Part shown: in pieces, positions 38,709 through 40,845 of the stretch
Position numbering within the stretch: position 1 is the first letter of the stretch
Layout of the letters: every line of letters begins with the position of its first letter
Source of the DNA: a virus
Reading direction: 5' to 3' (one strand)
DNA: 40,845 nucleotides
IMG/VR virus record: IMGVR_UViG_3300032272_000033
Span: 1 to 40,845 of that record
Translations under genes and position numbers: made by a program
Notes under the pieces: generated by a model
What the model was told of the DNA's origin: nothing
The model's database searches: none
Seen by the model: only the letters and a program-made list of their open reading frames with translations

Positions 38709-40845
38709 TATAGCTCCTTAAGTTTCTTTTTAAGCTGTGCTCTCCTAGCGGCTAAACACTCAACAGCCGACTTACCGCCCTTGCTCACCTGAGTATCCAG
38801 TTTTTCAGTTTCTTTAAAGTCCTCATTAACCTTATCTATCTTAGCATTGAGAACATTTTTATCTACATCTTCTAATCCGTCTCCAATACTTCTAAGGTCT
38901 TCAGTAATTTCATCGATGTCTTGATCCATATCCGAGATAAAGTCATCATCTGTCTTAGCTACGAAAGGATCATCACTAGAGAAGAAATCTGGATCGTCTG
39001 GAATGTCATTCAGCACTGCATCATCTAGCTCATTAAAACGCTCAGCAACATCTAAAGCATCCTTAGGAGGTATAGGCTCCACAACACCGTGAAGAATCTC
39101 AGCCTCAAGTTCTTTCTTAGGTATGCCGGACTTGCCCTCTGTTACACGCTTGACAGGTATCTTTTTACCATCGATTTCGATAAATTTAACACTCTCAATT
39201 ACACCTGGTGCATCTTTGGGTTGACGTGTGGACTTCTTTTTAACTTCTTTAGTCTCACTAATACCATCGATTGACTCATTTTTTGCGGGTTGTTGATTTG
39301 TCCCGAGGTCATCTACACCTTCTTCTAGAGCATCTAACTGAGACTCAATGGTCTTCAGTCGAGCATCTGTGGCTTTCTTTTCTAGCTTACTAGATTTAGG
39401 CCTGTCTTGTTTTAGCTTCCTTCTAAGGGCTTTTAATTCCTTGATGAGCTGAACAGGGGTCTTTTCACCGTCTTTTAAAAAGGATTCTATCTTGCTAGCT
39501 TCTTGCTTCTTCTTCTTGCGCGCCTTAACCTTTTTATCGGACCTTATGATTGGTTCCACATCAACACGCCCTTTATTAAGCATCTGGCCTACGGCTGTTG
39601 TCCTGGCTGCAAGGTCTGTCTCAGGATCCACAAGGTCTTTGATGGTTGGTTGCTCCTTAGCAGGCTTGGCAACTATTTCTTTTACTTGTTCACTGCGCTT
39701 AGGAATATCAGGATCAGCCTCAGCCTTCGCTTTAATTCCTGGAATAGGCTCATCAATATCAAGCACCTGTAGAAGATCTACGACGCCGTCCTGAGTTTCT
39801 TGGATAGCCTCAACGTATGCTTGCTTTAGAGAATCATCCACCTCATCAATGATACTACTGAACTCATTTAAGTCTGTTGATTTCTCTGCATCGTCAACAC
39901 GGCTTAGAACAGTCTCAAGTCTTGTTGCTAGTTCAGGATCAGTGTCTTTTACGGCCGCCATCTCATCACGCACTTGAGCTCGTATATCTTCAATAACCTC
40001 AGGAGCAGCCTCACCGATAGTGGCTCCTCGTCCTGCGCGTATACGATCGCCTATGTTACCTGCGAGAGGATGTAGAGCAGCGCCGAAAACGCTACCGAAT
40101 GCTACATTAAGAACCGCATTGTGCATAGCATAATCAGCACCAGTAACTGAGGTGCCAGCCAAAGCAAGAGGCTCTAGCAGAGCAGTACCTAGAGAACCCT
40201 CTATAGTTCCGACAATAGCTCTTCCTTTTAATGTACCAAATCTAGCAACAAGAGCAGCAGCACGGGTCTCTCTTACGAAAGGAATAAACAAAGCGCCGAG
40301 GTTGATAGGATCAAGAGCAAGGGTAATCATCTCCATAGACAAAGCGGCCGTATTGTTTAGGACTCCTCTTGTTCTGTTCTGAATATCTATATCTCGTAAC
40401 TCTTCTAGCTTTTTGAAGTGGAGTATATCTGCTTCTTCAAATGTAACGTTGTCATTGAATTTAAGATGTCCAGGTATCTCAAATCGAGCATTAGCCTCTT
40501 CTGCAGTGAGTATAGCGGATCGAGGATTGAGTTCCTCAAGAGGCAGAGTATGAGCATCAATAGACTCAGTAAGTAGAGCAAGAGGTCCTGACGGTACGAA
40601 CTCAAAGTCTTTCTCACCTCTAGTTCCGATAGGCTCTTTTGTAGCGCCACGTGCTCTGTTAATAGAGTCTATATCAAGCAAGGCTTGAACACCACCCCCA
40701 AGTCTTCTAGCGAAGTTAACAGCCGTATCAGAAAACTGGCCAAAAGAAGAGTCGAAGCCATCTCTTGCAAATGTAGCCTTTGCAGGATCATCGAATCGAC
40801 GAGGCATAACAAGACCATCGCTTTTGGCTCCACCGTCAAAGGTGG
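38708..40845 (-). CDS. Internal virion/ejection protein, main part (true start is at window position 299 across the circular junction)
   Basis: The frame stays open upstream of the ORF-track ATG (40807) to the window end and continues in frame into 128-299. It has Gly/Ala-rich hydrophobic segments followed by a long Lys/Glu/Asp-rich tail. Confidence 0.8.
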   Translation of the reverse strand, partial: TFDGGAKSDGLVMPRRFDDPAKATFARDGFDSSFGQFSDTAVNFARRLGGGVQALLDIDSINRARGATKEPIGTRGEKDFEFVPSGPLALLTESIDAHTLPLEELNPRSAILTAEEANARFEIPGHLKFNDNVTFEEADILHFKKLEELRDIDIQNRTRGVLNNTAALSMEMITLALDPINLGALFIPFVRETRAAALVARFGTLKGRAIVGTIEGSLGTALLEPLALAGTSVTGADYAMHNAVLNVAFGSVFGAALHPLAGNIGDRIRAGRGATIGEAAPEVIEDIRAQVRDEMAAVKDTDPELATRLETVLSRVDDAEKSTDLNEFSSIIDEVDDSLKQAYVEAIQETQDGVVDLLQVLDIDEPIPGIKAKAEADPDIPKRSEQVKEIVAKPAKEQPTIKDLVDPETDLAARTTAVGQMLNKGRVDVEPIIRSDKKVKARKKKKQEASKIESFLKDGEKTPVQLIKELKALRRKLKQDRPKSSKLEKKATDARLKTIESQLDALEEGVDDLGTNQQPAKNESIDGISETKEVKKKSTRQPKDAPGVIESVKFIEIDGKKIPVKRVTEGKSGIPKKELEAEILHGVVEPIPPKDALDVAERFNELDDAVLNDIPDDPDFFSSDDPFVAKTDDDFISDMDQDIDEITEDLRSIGDGLEDVDKNVLNAKIDKVNEDFKETEKLDTQVSKGGKSAVECLAARRAQLKKKLKEL
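40719..40845. repeat. Second copy of the 127-bp assembly overlap
   Basis: Identical to 1-127. Confidence 0.97.

Noticed and set aside
1-40845. Temperate lifestyle, tRNA genes, recoded stop codons
   Set aside because: - No integrase, recombinase, CI/Cro-like pair or attP-like feature was recognised.
- No cloverleaf or T-loop (GTTCGAATC-like) candidates lie in the few intergenic gaps.
- All long genes are intact under the standard code.

Overview
The window is a complete, circularly permuted tailed-phage genome. It is podovirus-like: the structural genes follow the T7 order, but I found no phage RNA polymerase, integrase, tRNA or CRISPR array. Bases 1-127 are identical to 40719-40845, so the unique length is 40,718 bp, and one virion gene runs across the artificial junction.

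Two gene arms diverge from a ~500-bp control region (13641-14142).
- Leftward (minus strand): cupin protein, TerS-like, TerL, portal, scaffold, major capsid, small decoration-like protein, adaptor, nozzle, gp13/gp14-like proteins, three large internal virion proteins (crossing the junction), tail fibre, and a lysis cassette ending in an M15 endolysin.
- Rightward (plus strand): about 20 very small early genes interrupted by a 757-bp non-coding block, then a SAM methyltransferase and a translationally coupled nucleotide cluster (two MazG-type pyrophosphohydrolases, a ThyA-fold enzyme, dCMP deaminase). After that come family-A DNA polymerase, a VRR-NUC-like nuclease, an SSB-like protein, an AEP primase-polymerase, an SF1 helicase and an SNF2 helicase.
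- The arms converge with overlapping stop codons at 33619-33622.

Most interesting observations:
1. The ThyA-fold enzyme has Asp where thymidylate synthase has the uracil-specifying Asn. Together with its neighbours this suggests a cytosine-modification module whose end product cannot be read from the sequence.
2. The non-coding block holds an iteron-rich, AT-rich candidate origin and a structured GC-rich part.
3. A ~30-bp conserved element is repeated between the tiny early genes.
4. TTTACA-type boxes cluster between the divergent promoters.
5. Several strongly SD-led micro-ORFs are missing from the ORF track.

All functional calls come from motifs read by eye and from remembered family signatures. 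No database search was run.
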